Numbered from the stretch's first letter, positions 22,901 through 33,600 are shown. The stretch is DNA of 64,000 bases from Macrostomum lignano (GCA_002269645.1 NIVC01002156.1:1-64000); one strand, 5' to 3'. Numbers and translations are program-made. The notes: generated from the letters alone by a model not told the origin.

Positions 22901-25900
22901 AACGGCGCCCGCTGGTAGCTACGGCAGCGGATTCGTCACTTTACCGCGTCGGCCAAGCAAAGTTAAAAAGGCGCCGCCTCCGCCGCAGCAGCCGCCACCA
23001 CCTTCGACATCTTCGACGGCCGCCGCAGCCGCCGCTAATGCTTCGTCAATGTCGATGTCGCTGTACGGATCCGAGTCGATTTTCAAGTCGCCGCTGCCGG
23101 CCAACCCCAGTCGATCGGCTACGGCATCAGCGGCTAACGGCGGCTCCGACGCGTCAACGCATCGGCAACTACGTCGGGCCGGCTCGTACGACAATATCGA
23201 CGTTATCATCGACGCCCTGATGGAGGATCCAGCCGGGGAGAACGACAACGAGGACGATGTCGATAATGGCGAAGGAGATCGACGGCGGAAGCGGCAGCCG
23301 CAGCCGCACCCGAGGCACACGCTGCACAAGGCTGTGCCGGACTCCGACAGGACAAGCGGCGGCGGCGTCGGACACAGCGACGGCAATCGCAACTGGTCGA
23401 GTCCGAAGGTGGCCCCGGCGGCTGTGAAGTACAAGCCGGCTTTGTCGAGTGTGCAACCCCAGCAGCAGCAACAGCAGCAGCAAAAGCAACAACAACAACC
23501 TGCGCCTCCGAAACGAGCTCCGAAGCCAAAGATTGACAAGTCTTTATTACTGACTTCTTCCAGTTCTAGCAGACAGTCGCAGGCAAAGCCGCAACAACAA
23601 CAGCCGACGCAGCAACAGAAAGCAACATCCGGAGGTGTTGGTCATTCGGCGCCCATTGCCTCTAGCGATTCTGACGCTGAATCTGCCCGGCAGAGAAGCC
23701 TGCCGTCGTCTCCGCAGCAGGCGCAACGCCCAGCTGCTGCTGCTGCTGCTGCTAAGTCGCCCCCTGCCGAGGTAAAATTTAGGATTTTTCAAGCTAATTT
23801 TAGAATTAGCTACTGTGCCGTCTCTATTAGCTATTGTGCCATCTCTATTAGCTGCTGTCCCATCTCTATTAGCTACTGTGACATCTCTATTAGCTACTGT
23901 GCCGTCTCTATTAGCTACTGTGCCATCTCTATTAGCTACTGTGCCGTCTCTATTAGCTATTGTGCCATCTCTATTAGCTGCTGTCCCATCTCTATTAGCT
24001 GCTGTGCCATCTCTATTAGCTGCTGTCCCATCTCTATTAGCTGCTGTCCCATCTCTATTAGCTACTGTGCCATCTCTATTAGCTACTGTGCCATCTCTAT
24101 TAGCTACTGTGCCATCTCTATTAGCTACTGTACCATTCCTATTAGCTACTGTGCCATTCCTATTAGCTACTGTGCCATCTCTATTATCTACTGTGCCATC
24201 CCTATTAGCTACTGTGCCATCCCTATTAGCTACTGTGCCATCCCTATTAGCTACTGTGCCATCTCTATTAGCTGCTTTGCCGTCTCTATTAGCTACTGTG
24301 CCATCCCTATTATTAGCTACTGTCCCATCTCTATTAGCTACTATGCCATCCCTATTATTAGCTACTGTCCCATCTCTATTAGCTACTGTGCCATTCCTAT
24401 TAGCTACTGTGCCATCTCTATTATCTACTGTGCCATCCCTATTAGCTACTGTGCCATCCCTATTAGCTACTGTGCCATCCCTATTAGCTACTGTGCCATC
24501 CCTATTAGCTACTGTGCCATCCCTATTAGCTACTGTGCCATCTCTATTAGCTACTGTGCCATCTCTATTAGCTACTGTGCCATCTCTATTAGTTGCTGTC
24601 CCATCTCTATTAGCTGCTGTCCCATCTCTATTAGCTACTGTGCCATCCCTATTATTAGCTGCTGTCCCATCCCTATTAGCTACTGTCCCATCTCTATTAG
24701 CTACTGTGCCGTCTCTATTAGCTACTGTGCCATCTCTATTAGCTGCTTTGCCGTCTCTATTAGCTACTATGCCATCCCTATTATTAGCTACTGTCCCATC
24801 TCTATTAGCTACTATGCCATCCCTATTATTAGCTACTGTCCCATCTCTATTAGCTACTATGCCATCCCTATTATTAGCTACTGTCCCATCCCTATTAGCT
24901 ACTGTGCCATCCCTATTAGCTACTGTGCCATCCCTATTAGCTACTGTGCCATCTCTATTAGCTACTGTCCCATCTCTATTAGCTACTGTGCCATCTCTAT
25001 TAGCTACTGTGCCATCTCTATTAGCTACTGTGCCATCTCTATTAGCTACTGTCCCATCTCTATTAGCTACTGTGCCATCTCTATTAGCTACTGTGCCATC
25101 TCTATTAGCTACTGAAACCTGAAGTTGACTATTTTATTCTGAAAATTTTAGCCAATCACCTCCAAGGACACCAACACCCTGACCCGTCCGGAGTCCCAGA
25201 CTCTCGAGCAGTCCCCGGCCCCAGCAGCTCCATCATCAGTAGCTGCCTCCAGCACCCTAGTTCGCTGTGTTGCAATGTACGACTGCCAAGCCGAGTTCCC
25301 GAACGAATTAAGCTTTGCCAAGGGTGAAGTGCTGCGAATTACTCGGCAAGAGAATGAGGATTGGTGGGTAAGTTTGTCATTAAAGTGGCGACAGTTCTGC
25401 TAATTAAACCTCAGCACGTTTGTCTGTTTTTATAGTCTGTTAGGACATTTATAGTTTTTTATTGAAGTTCAATTTTATAGTTGTCTAGCAACCACACTTA
25501 AAGGTTTTGATCTACAAGTGTCTGGCAAACATACCTGAAGGTTCAGGTTAGGTGTCTGGCAAACATACCTGAAGGTTCAGGTTAGGTGTCTGGCAAACAT
25601 ACCTGAAGGTTCAGGTTAGGTGTCTGGCAAACATACCTGAAGGTTCAGGTTAGGTGTCTGGCAAACATACCTGAAGGTTCAGGTCAGGTGTCTGGCAAAC
25701 ATACCTGAAGGTTCAGATTAGGTGTCTGGCAAGCATACCTGAAGGTTCAGGTTAGGTGTTTGGCAAACATACCTGAAGGTTCAGGTCTGGTGTCTAGCAA
25801 ACGTACCTGAAGGCTCAGGTCAAGTGTCTGGCAAACATACCTGAAGGTTCAGGTCTGGTGTCTAGCAAACGTACCTGAAGGCTCAGGTCAAGTGTCTGGC

Positions 25901-26061
25901 AAACATACCTGAAGGTTCAGATTAGGTGTTCGGCAAACATACCTGAAGGTTCAGGTCAGGTATCTAGCAAACCGATTCTTTAATTCCAGGAAGCGGAAGT
26001 GGAGTCGGAACCATCAAGGCGCGGTCTGTTTCCGGTGTCATTCGTGCACTTTTTAACTTGA
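6384..26061 (+). CDS. ASAP1: ASAP-family ArfGAP (BAR, PH, ArfGAP, ankyrin, Pro-rich, SH3); 14 exons, 3822 nt, 1273 aa
   Basis: join(6384-6518,10316-10388,10467-10612,11031-11222,11804-11857,15764-15849,16874-17030,17516-17545,18829-19477,20093-20327,21018-21519,22497-23771,25152-25367,25990-26061). All introns are GT-AG and all phases are compatible. The peptides are collinear with vertebrate ASAP1/2, including the intact ArfGAP zinc finger C-x2-C-x16-C-x2-C-x4-R and a terminal SH3 ending [13 protein letters not shown]. The symbol denotes the ASAP1/2/3 family. Confidence 0.95.
6701..7183. mobile_element. MITE-like non-autonomous DNA transposon in ASAP intron 1
   Basis: 19-bp TIRs cctggatggaattcttgca / tacaagaattccatcctgg (17/19); flanking 8-mers attatatg / cttatatg (7/8) look like an 8-bp TSD; non-coding AT-rich interior. 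Confidence 0.7.
7745..8544. repeat. Tandem duplication of a ~307-bp AT-rich segment; copy 1 carries a MITE
   Basis: Copy 1 is 7745-8237 (including the insertion) and copy 2 is 8248-8544; near-identical by eye. Confidence 0.9.
8030..8222. mobile_element. 193-bp MITE, PIF/Harbinger (Tourist)-like
   Basis: TIRs gggctgtatgcagaaagct / agctttctgcatacgaccc (17/19); 3-bp TSD ATA; the empty site catacatATAgtttgtgg is present in copy 2 (~8523-8540). Confidence 0.85.
10316..10388 (+). CDS. ASAP1: ASAP exon 2 (BAR)
   Basis: aatag|[24 protein letters not shown]|gtaagt, phase 0->1; not in the supplied ORF track. Confidence 0.92.
10467..10612 (+). CDS. ASAP1: ASAP exon 3 (BAR)
   Basis: ctgcag|(S)[16 protein letters not shown]...[17 protein letters not shown]|gtatgc, phase 1->0. 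Confidence 0.92.
10660..10960. repeat. (GATA)n microsatellite, ASAP intron 3
   Basis: Direct reading. Confidence 0.98.
11031..11222 (+). CDS. ASAP1: ASAP exon 4 (BAR)
   Basis: ccag|MQNLSNIV...[17 protein letters not shown]...VSMTE|gtaaac. Confidence 0.92.
11310..11600 (-). mobile_element. Diverged tRNA-derived SINE copy (relative of the 40591/56896 family) in ASAP intron 4
   Basis: Reverse B-box gaatcgaacc at 11558-11567; shares gctgcccattc, gtgtacac and gtgc(t/c)ttgg..gttgg with the other copies. Confidence 0.5.
11804..11857 (+). CDS. ASAP1: ASAP exon 5 (BAR)
   Basis: ttgcag|[18 protein letters not shown]|gtttgt. Confidence 0.92.
12698..15539 (-). CDS. Uncharacterised ~877-aa protein, two exons, nested antisense in ASAP intron 5
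   Basis: join(complement 15539-15222, 15013-12698). ATG at 15539; donor AAG AGT|gtaagt at 15221; acceptor atcacag|GTC at 15014; both phase 0; 208-nt intron; TAA at 12700-12698. This joins the supplied 123-aa and 769-aa ORFs. N-terminal half is globular-looking with ankyrin-like helical hairpins ([22 protein letters not shown]); there is a PPPKKKKGK motif and an acidic/coiled-coil C-terminus. Confidence 0.85.
15764..15849 (+). CDS. ASAP1: ASAP exon 6 (BAR)
   Basis: tttcag|[28 protein letters not shown]|gtgaga, phase 0->2. Confidence 0.92.
16020..16800. repeat. ~20-bp minisatellite (core ctaccattctatcc), two sub-domains, ASAP intron 6
   Basis: Units with taatat in the 5' half and ttcaggat/gggat in the 3' half. 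Confidence 0.95.
16874..17030 (+). CDS. ASAP1: ASAP exon 7 (BAR end)
   Basis: taaag|(M)[13 protein letters not shown]...[22 protein letters not shown]|gtaaat, phase 2->0. Confidence 0.9.
17516..17545 (+). CDS. ASAP1: ASAP candidate 30-nt microexon ([10 protein letters not shown]) in the BAR-PH linker
   Basis: T-rich tract + atcag acceptor and gtaaga donor; symmetric phase 0-0, open frame; skipping it keeps the frame. Confidence 0.6.
18085..18786. repeat. 42-bp minisatellite, ASAP intron 8
   Basis: Unit gtacacacgcctgaagccaacccccgaactcccgtccccaat. Confidence 0.97.
18829..19477 (+). CDS. ASAP1: ASAP exon 9 (G/A/S linker, PH domain, start of ArfGAP)
   Basis: [10 protein letters not shown]...[19 protein letters not shown]...LLTCQVR...NRTYYFQ...[14 protein letters not shown]|gttagt, phase 0->1. 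Confidence 0.93.
19495..19990. repeat. Compound short-unit minisatellite (ggattccccata / cgggattcc), ASAP intron 9
   Basis: Direct reading; this intron splits the ArfGAP zinc finger. Confidence 0.95.
20093..20327 (+). CDS. ASAP1: ASAP exon 10 (ArfGAP)
   Basis: atcag|(D)[33 protein letters not shown]...|gtaagt, phase 1->2. Confidence 0.95.
20375..20925. repeat. 31-bp minisatellite, ASAP intron 10
   Basis: Unit ctaaagtctcatctgtggcgctaatttggcg. Confidence 0.97.
21018..21519 (+). CDS. ASAP1: ASAP exon 11 (ArfGAP end, ankyrin repeats)
   Basis: cctcag|..[12 protein letters not shown]...GETAVH...[22 protein letters not shown]...GLTAADI...CADL|gtcagt, phase 2->0. Confidence 0.93.
21660..22350. repeat. 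32-bp minisatellite, ASAP intron 11
   Basis: Unit gcttacagtgagagaactaatggaaggctaat. Confidence 0.97.
22497..23771 (+). CDS. ASAP1: ASAP exon 12 (low-complexity Ser/Ala/Gln/Pro-rich region with PxxP motifs)
   Basis: tcacag|[20 protein letters not shown]...SPPAE|gtaaaa; 425 codons, phase 0-0. Confidence 0.85.
23805..25113. repeat. 21-bp minisatellite, ASAP intron 12
   Basis: Unit tattagctactgtgccatctc. Confidence 0.98.
25152..25367 (+). CDS. ASAP1: ASAP exon 13 (SH3, first part)
   Basis: ...[36 protein letters not shown]|gtaagt; an in-frame alternative acceptor gives a start at 25167. Confidence 0.9.
25518..25972. repeat. 34-bp minisatellite, ASAP intron 13
   Basis: Unit aggtgtctggcaaacatacctgaaggttcaggtt. 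Confidence 0.97.
25990..26061 (+). CDS. ASAP1: ASAP exon 14 (SH3 end, stop)
   Basis: ttccag|[26 protein letters not shown]. Confidence 0.93.
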   Translation, partial: EAEVESEPSRRGLFPVSFVHFLT

Positions 26062-26514
26062 TAAAATTCGCACATCTAAAACACACAGTAAGCGCATAAA
26101 TTATGTTAATTAGTCTAGTCTGTCATTAAATTGCAGTAATTTTTAGTTCTTTTTTGCTAACCATGCTTTTTTTCTTTCTAACTGTGCAGTTATTTATAAA
26201 AATAGTTTTTTGGATAAAAATCGCTACATGACTATATATATAATGTGTATTGCAGATTATGCAGGTATATATATATATAATATGATTCTATAATATATAT
26301 ATGTGTGTGTTATCTTTTTATTCCAATTTTTCTCTGTTTTGCACGAACGCCCTTTGCAATGCCAGGTTTTGCAGCCGATAATTTTTGTAGTTGGTAAAAG
26401 CATGTGCGATATATATTGCTTCTAGTAGTAGAGTGCTGCTAATTTTTTTTTAAATTTGACTGCATCTTAGTAGCACTATCAATGCCTGCTATACCCATCG
26501 TTACTGAAATTCAT

Positions 26515-26988
26515 TCTCCCACACTGTACAAGAATATCCCCTCAGCACTGTACAAGAATATCCCCTCAACACTGTACAAGAATATCCCCTCAACACTTTA
26601 CAAGAATATCCCCTCAACACTGTACAAGAGTATCCCCTCAACACTGTACAAGAGTATCCCCTCAACACTGTACAAGAATATCCCCTCAACACTTTACAAG
26701 AATATCCCCTCAACACTGTACAAGAATATCCCCTCAACACTTTACAAGAATATCCCCTCAACACTGTACAAGAATATCCCCTCAACACTGTACAAGAATA
26801 TCCCTCAACACTGTACAAGAATATCCCCTCAACACTGTACAAGAATATCCCCTCAACACTGTACAAGAATATCCCCTCAACACTGTACAAGAGTATCCCC
26901 TCAACACTGTACAAGAATATCCCCTCAACACTGTACAAGAGTATCCCCTCAACACTGTACAAGAATATCCCCTCAACACTGTACAAGA
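26515..26988. repeat. 24-bp minisatellite downstream of the ASAP stop
   Basis: Unit ccctcaacactgtacaagaatatc. Confidence 0.97.
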
Positions 26989-28329
26989 ATCAAATTTTGG
27001 CCTTGTACACATATTCACCAGGCTATTCATTATAATAAAAAAGTCATCAAACTTGTACCGGGAATAATTTATGTACAAGAACCCAGCAGTCAAACAATAA
27101 TGTGCATAATTGAATATTTTGACGCTGCATTGAGCTTCTTATAAGTAAATGATTTTTTCTGATATAATTATGAAACGTTAGTGTAATATCAGTGTGCTAT
27201 AAATATCTTATATATTTACGCATATTAAACTATATTTACAAAATTGCATGGTTATTTAGTTTATTAGTTTTATTGTCTGGAATCATGGAACAGCCGCTAA
27301 TGAATTCCGACATTTACAGCATGCGTGCTTATAGTTCTATAAAATGCATTACATTTTTTAATGTAAACCATGGAGATTTTTTTGGTCATTATTTCTAGTC
27401 CGTTGTTGCTATTTGGTTTTGTTCCCGGCTGATAAGTATATTTATTATTACGTGTCTACATATGTAATATTAAACTTATTACTAACGTCATTATCTGTTT
27501 ATTAATTCACTTGCTTCCATTTAGTATACCGCCATAACTTGCTTATATAACGCTATAATATATAATATAAACCTATTGATAACAAGTGCAATTCGAATAG
27601 GTTACCTATATCGTGCAAGTGCTGCCTATTTCAGATTAACCACTTACTAGATTTGTTGTTAAATTAGTTTATTCGATTCAAACGTATTTATTTGAAAATA
27701 TCGAATTCAACGTTAAAATCTTAGCGTTATTATTATTTGGTATCGGGCATATTTTATTAATAGCTTTGTAAGAAGTACGCACCGCAGTATTTGTCTTTTA
27801 ATGGCCAGTATATAATCTCCGTTAGGCTCTATGTGTACCTTCTGATTTTATGAGTACACTCTAAAATTACTCAAAATGTATTACACTAAATATATACTAT
27901 ATATTGTCATTTGCATCTAAGTAAGTTAAAATCTTAGTGCTTTTTCCCCGCATACGAATTGTGTTTTTCTCTTTTATTCTTATCGCTTTTGAACCTTTGA
28001 TTATCGTCGCGGCAGTTTATATATTGCAGCTCCACTCTATCTACTACTACAGTTAAATAGTAGTTTTTTTGATATTTGTATTCGTTTTTTTATTCATTGC
28101 TTACCCGCTAAATTTGCGCACAAATGCCGGAAGACTTTTGTTGCTTTCCAGACGTGCTTTAGTAAATCTCTGTATAGTATGGAAAAAGCAGTTACAATAT
28201 GTTCGATTCAACTTACGCCTTTTGTTGTGTCGCTGTAGATTCATTTACGATATATAACCAAAAAGTCGCTTACCAAAAATACCCGAAGGTATGCAAAGCG
28301 AAAAGAAATTTTCATTACTTAAACAAACG

Positions 28330-30590
28330 ATTGCTACTCTTACTTAAGTACTTTTTTATTTTTAACAAGACTCGGAAAAGACTCATTAAAATGCGGGCAG
28401 AAGGCGACGCGCGTGGTGCGTCAAAGGTTCCTCCTCTTAGATCACAGAAGAGGCAGATGGGAGAGCAGCCACTTTGTAGTGAAATGTGTTTGTGGATATA
28501 TCTCATTGCCGGTAGTGACCATGCACACATCTCCCTGAGGTCAGTTTTACTTAGGGAGATTAGATATTCAGATACTTTCCGGTTTATGGCAGGCATTGCC
28601 GTTCAGGTTTGCCGATAATTCGAAACAGTTGTTCCAGTGCAGCTGGTGCTGGTGGATCAGCCATTTGAAGTAGCTACGAAGGTAACTTGACCTAGCGATG
28701 CGCTCCACTCAGCAGTGTACTGCCTCGTTGAAACAGTCTGGAGCTGACTTGGTTGAAAGCTAGAGAGAAGACATGCAAGGCCTTAATACTTCTGTCTTGA
28801 TTAGCGGCCTGGGTGTCAGAGTAGAAATTATGATGTCAAAGCTGCTGATGCCAGCTTTTGCAGATGCACATTGGTTGATGGCCGCGTGACTTCGGATTGA
28901 AAAGCTGACATATTCTCACCAAGATGAAGGCTAGCTGTCATCTTTCTTGCAGGATCGCCGCACACTTTCATTTGGAAAACAGTGAAGCAGTGGATCTGAG
29001 TGCATGAATGCCTTGACCAAGGACCACTAGGAACAATTCGTTATAGTCTAGTAGGGAGTATAGTCCTTGGCCCTGACTTCTCCGATCCGGTTGACGCCAA
29101 CGTCCAGTGGGTGGCTTCCTCGCGGCGGAAGGGTACATATCTGAGTGAGGGGGGTTGGCTCGTATACAGTCCACCTCGTTAAAGGGGTGAATGTGTTGAA
29201 GGTCACGAAGGAAATACCAGGTGAGAAATGAGTGTCGTCTCAGCAGGTGTTAAACCCGAGGGGGGGGGGGTTGGTATAGTGAATTTATCACTAATAATTA
29301 ACGGCGTGGCGCCTTTTATCGTCTCAGCTAACATGCATGGAAGGCATTTTGATGGATGATGTTGAGACCCTATAGTGGGGTGAATTTTCATGAGTAGCAC
29401 CAGTGATGACCCGGCAAATGCATGATTGATATAGCTGATCCCACACAGTCTTCAGCTCCAACGCGCTGGACCAGACAAGCACGAGTAGGTGCGATGCAGG
29501 ATCAGATTATGCCCGAGTGTAGATCTGCACCGGACCGTCTTGAGAGAGAGATGCATGGCCCCCAGGTACATGTATAGACCCTATGGCTCTACTTGCGCGA
29601 AACATCGCTTGGCGTGTCCGATGACGTCGGCATGTTTTGTCCAGCTATCGTGACGTGAGCGTCACACTATAGATACTAATTAGAGATTTAGTATATTGTG
29701 ATTTCTTTATCTAGGTAAGCATGTGCATGGTGCAGGTGGCATCCAAGAGGGTGGGTTAATCGTTCTGTTTCAGATCATAAAGTCGATCCATCGCACAATG
29801 CTGGATCTGATGACCTTCTTCGAATTCTGTACTTCGGGTAAAGGGAACTCTGAAGGAGCCAAATTTGACATTAAGGTCCGTACATCGATGTGACAGAAGA
29901 CCTGCAGAGGCGATCTGTTTTTTCAGGAATAGTTTTCTCAATGGCAAGCTGTTATTAAATGTATGCATACAACGCGCGTGCTCGCGTTTGTTTACCCTGC
30001 ATGTGGTTGAAAGGCAAATTCATGAGTGCCTTGCTTACTCATGGTCTTCTTGAATAAGTATATCTTGAGTAAGACGGTGCCGCCCTCTCAGCTGAGACGC
30101 AGCTGGTCGCAGTCACGTACACCAGCCTCCACGGGATGGGCCTCTCTCCAACAGCTTAATGCAAAAAGACGTTAGGCTGATGGGGCGGAAGTATATACGA
30201 GTACCGTGGTCCTTGGCTAGTGTGTAACCGCGCGACGCTCAATTATTTCAACCGGGGTGAGCTCCTTTTAATTGTTCCATCATGGTAAGTCTTCTTCCTA
30301 CTGACAGTGTTTTTTCCCATGGGCAGTATTCAGCATTTCAACAATTTTGTTTCAATGTTCAGGATTTCCTCTACAGTCTTCCAGTTTTGACCGGCCGGTT
30401 GGTTGCTGATCAGGATACTCGATCACACCCTTAACTGAAGCCGATCCCATTCGCCCGCTTCAAATTTGGGCAGTCCGCCTTTGGTGACACGAGCGCCGCC
30501 AGCGGTGATGCTGAATTGGATGTAGAAATTATCCGAGAGTGAGGGATGATACACAACAAAGCCAGACAGACATAGTAGACTCAGACTATG
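28330..30590 (-). mobile_element. Decayed non-LTR retrotransposon ORF2 (endonuclease tail, RT, RNase H, C-terminal zinc finger); LOA/R1 (I-group)-like
   Basis: Minus-strand motifs in the correct order, with stops and frameshifts: SLSDNFYIQF (EN end, ~30530), YFRPISLTS (~30170-30205), FAFQP, VRWIDFM, SAFQSEV..AAI and FYSDTQAA..IKAL (RNase H, ~28780-28910), LSKTDLR and CLFC (~28440-28560). Confidence 0.8.
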
Positions 30591-30606
30591 AATTGAACAT
30601 TGAAGC

Positions 30607-31390
30607 AATGTAGAAAAAACTGAAGTATTTTTTCATTAGAAAATTAGACGTTGTGAAATTAAAGTGCATTAGAAATTTTATTCTAAATATATGTTCTTAT
30701 ATTGCATAAAGATCAAACATATTCTAAGCAAATCAAACGAAGCGGATAACCTGGTTGCTGCTACTGTTTGTTTTACCTAACCAGCATGATAACTAAACGT
30801 TCTTAGAAGCAACCAGGAAATCTGTTTGCATGCTCGAACTTAAATTTAGTTTTAATAATTCTTTTTTGCTTCGAAAGAACTTAATTGATAAACAATTCAT
30901 TGTATTTTTCAGCCAAATTTTCTTCATAACGCGCTATTTTGCTCTTGATCGACTGTATATATCAAAAGTTTATTTCGGGAAGATAGTTCATACATTTTTT
31001 TAATACTTAATTTTACAACTTATTCAAGCTCAAAATTGATTATGGTTGCGTTGGTTGTCAAAAAAACAAAAATGCTAATATTTTAGTAATTTCAATCCTG
31101 ATCTTTCTCCGGCTCCAATAGAGCCGAAAAGTAGGCACTAAATTTATGTAAATTACATACTATTATGGCATTAAATAATATTGAACTGACAGAGAAGACT
31201 TGCCAATAAAAATGGTATGCAATAAATATCATTCATGTATTTTATTGTTATAAACTTTTCGTGGTTTCCATTCATAATATTCCTTATTAAAAGTTAAGGC
31301 TTAGTATATCTTTGTGTTAATTTGCATGCATTGAATATTAAATCTTAAATGTAGAAAAAACTGAAGTATTTTTTCATTAGAAAATTAGAC
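30607..31390 (+). repeat. Identical 43-bp direct repeats at 30607-30649 and 31348-31390
   Basis: aatgtagaaaaaactgaagtattttttcattagaaaattagac occurs twice, 741 bp apart. Confidence 0.9.
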
Positions 31391-32099
31391 TAAATTAGAT
31401 TAAGTAACATAGTTTTATACTTAATGTCATTTATATGCATAAATGAATCAAAACTTATTAATTTAAGTATTCATAGCAAAAATAATTTTTAATTTTTGCT
31501 TTGATTTATAATAAAATGTTGAACATTACTTAATCTTGAGACATTCCATTTTTATTCGCTTGCATTATAAAATTGAAAACATAATTTTCTTATCTAAATT
31601 GAGATATTTAGAAGGTAACTAGGATTCAAAATAGAGATATTAAGTTATATTGATTGGTCCTAATATTAATAATGTTCAGATAATATAATAAAAAATATTT
31701 ATTATATTGTCAAATACAGGCAAGCAACTAAAAATAAAAGTAAAAAAATATATAGGTCTAAAATACAGCCTAAAATACATTAAATATTCATATTTCATTT
31801 ATATTATAAAAGTGTATATTCTAATACCCCTCTCTGTAGCCACTTGTAGTAAGCAAGGGGGTTTGTTTTGTTGTTGTTGTTCTTATTGTATATTGTATAA
31901 TTACTTAATGATTAATATACTCTACTAGATATCAATATTATATAATGGCAATTGATGTTATTCTATTTTATCAATGTATATGATATTTTAAATATAGAGC
32001 TTTGAAGGCTATTATATTACTATATGGTTTTTAACAAAATGTAATTTCTCTTTATTTAAGTAGCCACTACTGTATATTGTAGCTACTTTCTTCTTACTA

Positions 32100-33600
32100 G
32101 ATCCAAATCTACCCAAGTTTCATCTGTCATGCTTTTATTCCTTATGTAGCTTTGATTTGGCAAAACAAGTCTTGAATTAGTTTGATTGTAAAATTTCACT
32201 TTGGGAAGGTTTTTGTGTTTCTGCTCTCTATATACTGATATGTGCCATCCAATTTAATTAGATCAGATTCCTTCAATTTCGAAGCCTTTCTAATCAATTT
32301 CAAGATAAAATTACTTTACTGTCAGTTATTCACTAGCTTTGGCAGATTAGGTTAGATATAATTAGAATCTAACATTGCTAGATAGATGTCCAAGTCTTAC
32401 ATTTCATTGTCACAGCTTTCCTAAAAGACATTTTTAATCAATCATTGAACCCTTGTTGATAGGCGATTCTGTGATAAAAGTAGTTAAAGATGTCCTATAC
32501 CTACTACTTACTTCCCAGGAGGCATTAAAATATTTATTTGATTGAGCAGTTTGGCGCCAACTGCCTATAAATAGGGATCAAGGTCAAGGGTTCCAAGCGC
32601 GATTCTTGATTGTTGTCCACTTTCGTTTTGTTTTTCCACTCACTGCACTACATAGAGGCCTTTTTTATTAAATGTCAACGAGTCTTTAGAGTTGTTTGTG
32701 GGTGCAGAGCAGCTCACTGATTAATGCATCCACATTAACTTAACTTTTTAATTAGACAAGGAGGAAGCCTGCTTGTGTTGTGAGCGACTGCGTGTCTAAG
32801 CGCGAGATGCGGAACAAATCTTGTCAGGATGTCCGCAGCACCTTTGTCTTCTTCAATGGGTCTAAATTTAGTATACGTGGATTGACGGATTTATTGGTAT
32901 GTAACTAAGCCAATTTGTTAAGTCTGTTGCTGTCCATCTGCTTTGTCTGGATAGCATTGAGCCTCCGAGCGGCTTTGATCAGTGTAGGACTCTGGCTATA
33001 GGGGGGGGGGGCACAGATTTTCCCTCTGCTTGACTGCTTGCAAAGCGGAAATGACGTTCTATCAGGCAGGTGCCTATTTTATCTGACAGTCAGCGAGGAA
33101 CAACAAAGAAGCTGCTTGTCTGTCTGTCTTCGTCGAAAGCGTGCAACAGGCGAGACGCGTAGTCAACAGATCTCTCTTGTTGATCACCGTTAAGTAGAGC
33201 CCCGAGGGGTGAGGGTTGGTTCGGGCATCGGGCTAATGACAGGGGTCTAAGAAAGGTATTCGGGCTCGCGGTTGCATGCATGTAGAGGCAGGTAGGAGTA
33301 ATTTGCGCCCAGGAGAGTGACTCTCCGAAGCCCACTCCCCGACTTGTTTTTTCCGTCTTGCTATAGCATTGTACCATCTCCATCTCCTTGCAGTGTTTTG
33401 TGTTTTCCTGCATCTTCTGCATTCTACTTTTTTCCTCTCCTGCTGCCCACGTCTCTAATAAGCATCTAATTTTAGTTCGCGATGAGCTTCTTCAGGCCAC
33501 CTCGGGCCATTTGAGGAGTCTCCTCTTGTTGAATCCCTTTGACAAATTTTGTTCGCCATCTTATGAGCTTATTGACGTCATATGAGTCCTTGAACAGCTG
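32100..33600 (-). mobile_element. Heavily decayed Ty3/Gypsy-like gag-pol fragment
   Basis: Degenerate motifs in gag-PR-RT order: CRRCRKTQNTARRW (knuckle-like), LLNG...SVDYAS (protease-like), RLPP, TLDL, TFIT..KMSF, IYL..LD; many stops. Confidence 0.4.

Noticed and set aside
22771-23792. Alternative-frame and antisense ORFs over ASAP exon 12
   Set aside because: Shadow ORFs of GC-rich low-complexity coding sequence
23815-25122. 435-aa ORF (PSLLATV)n
   Set aside because: Alternate frame of the 21-bp array; a unit divisible by 3 without stops makes a long ORF trivially
27034-27039. AATAAA as the ASAP polyadenylation signal
   Set aside because: Plausible, but the region is very AT-rich and the site cannot be distinguished from chance without 3'-end data
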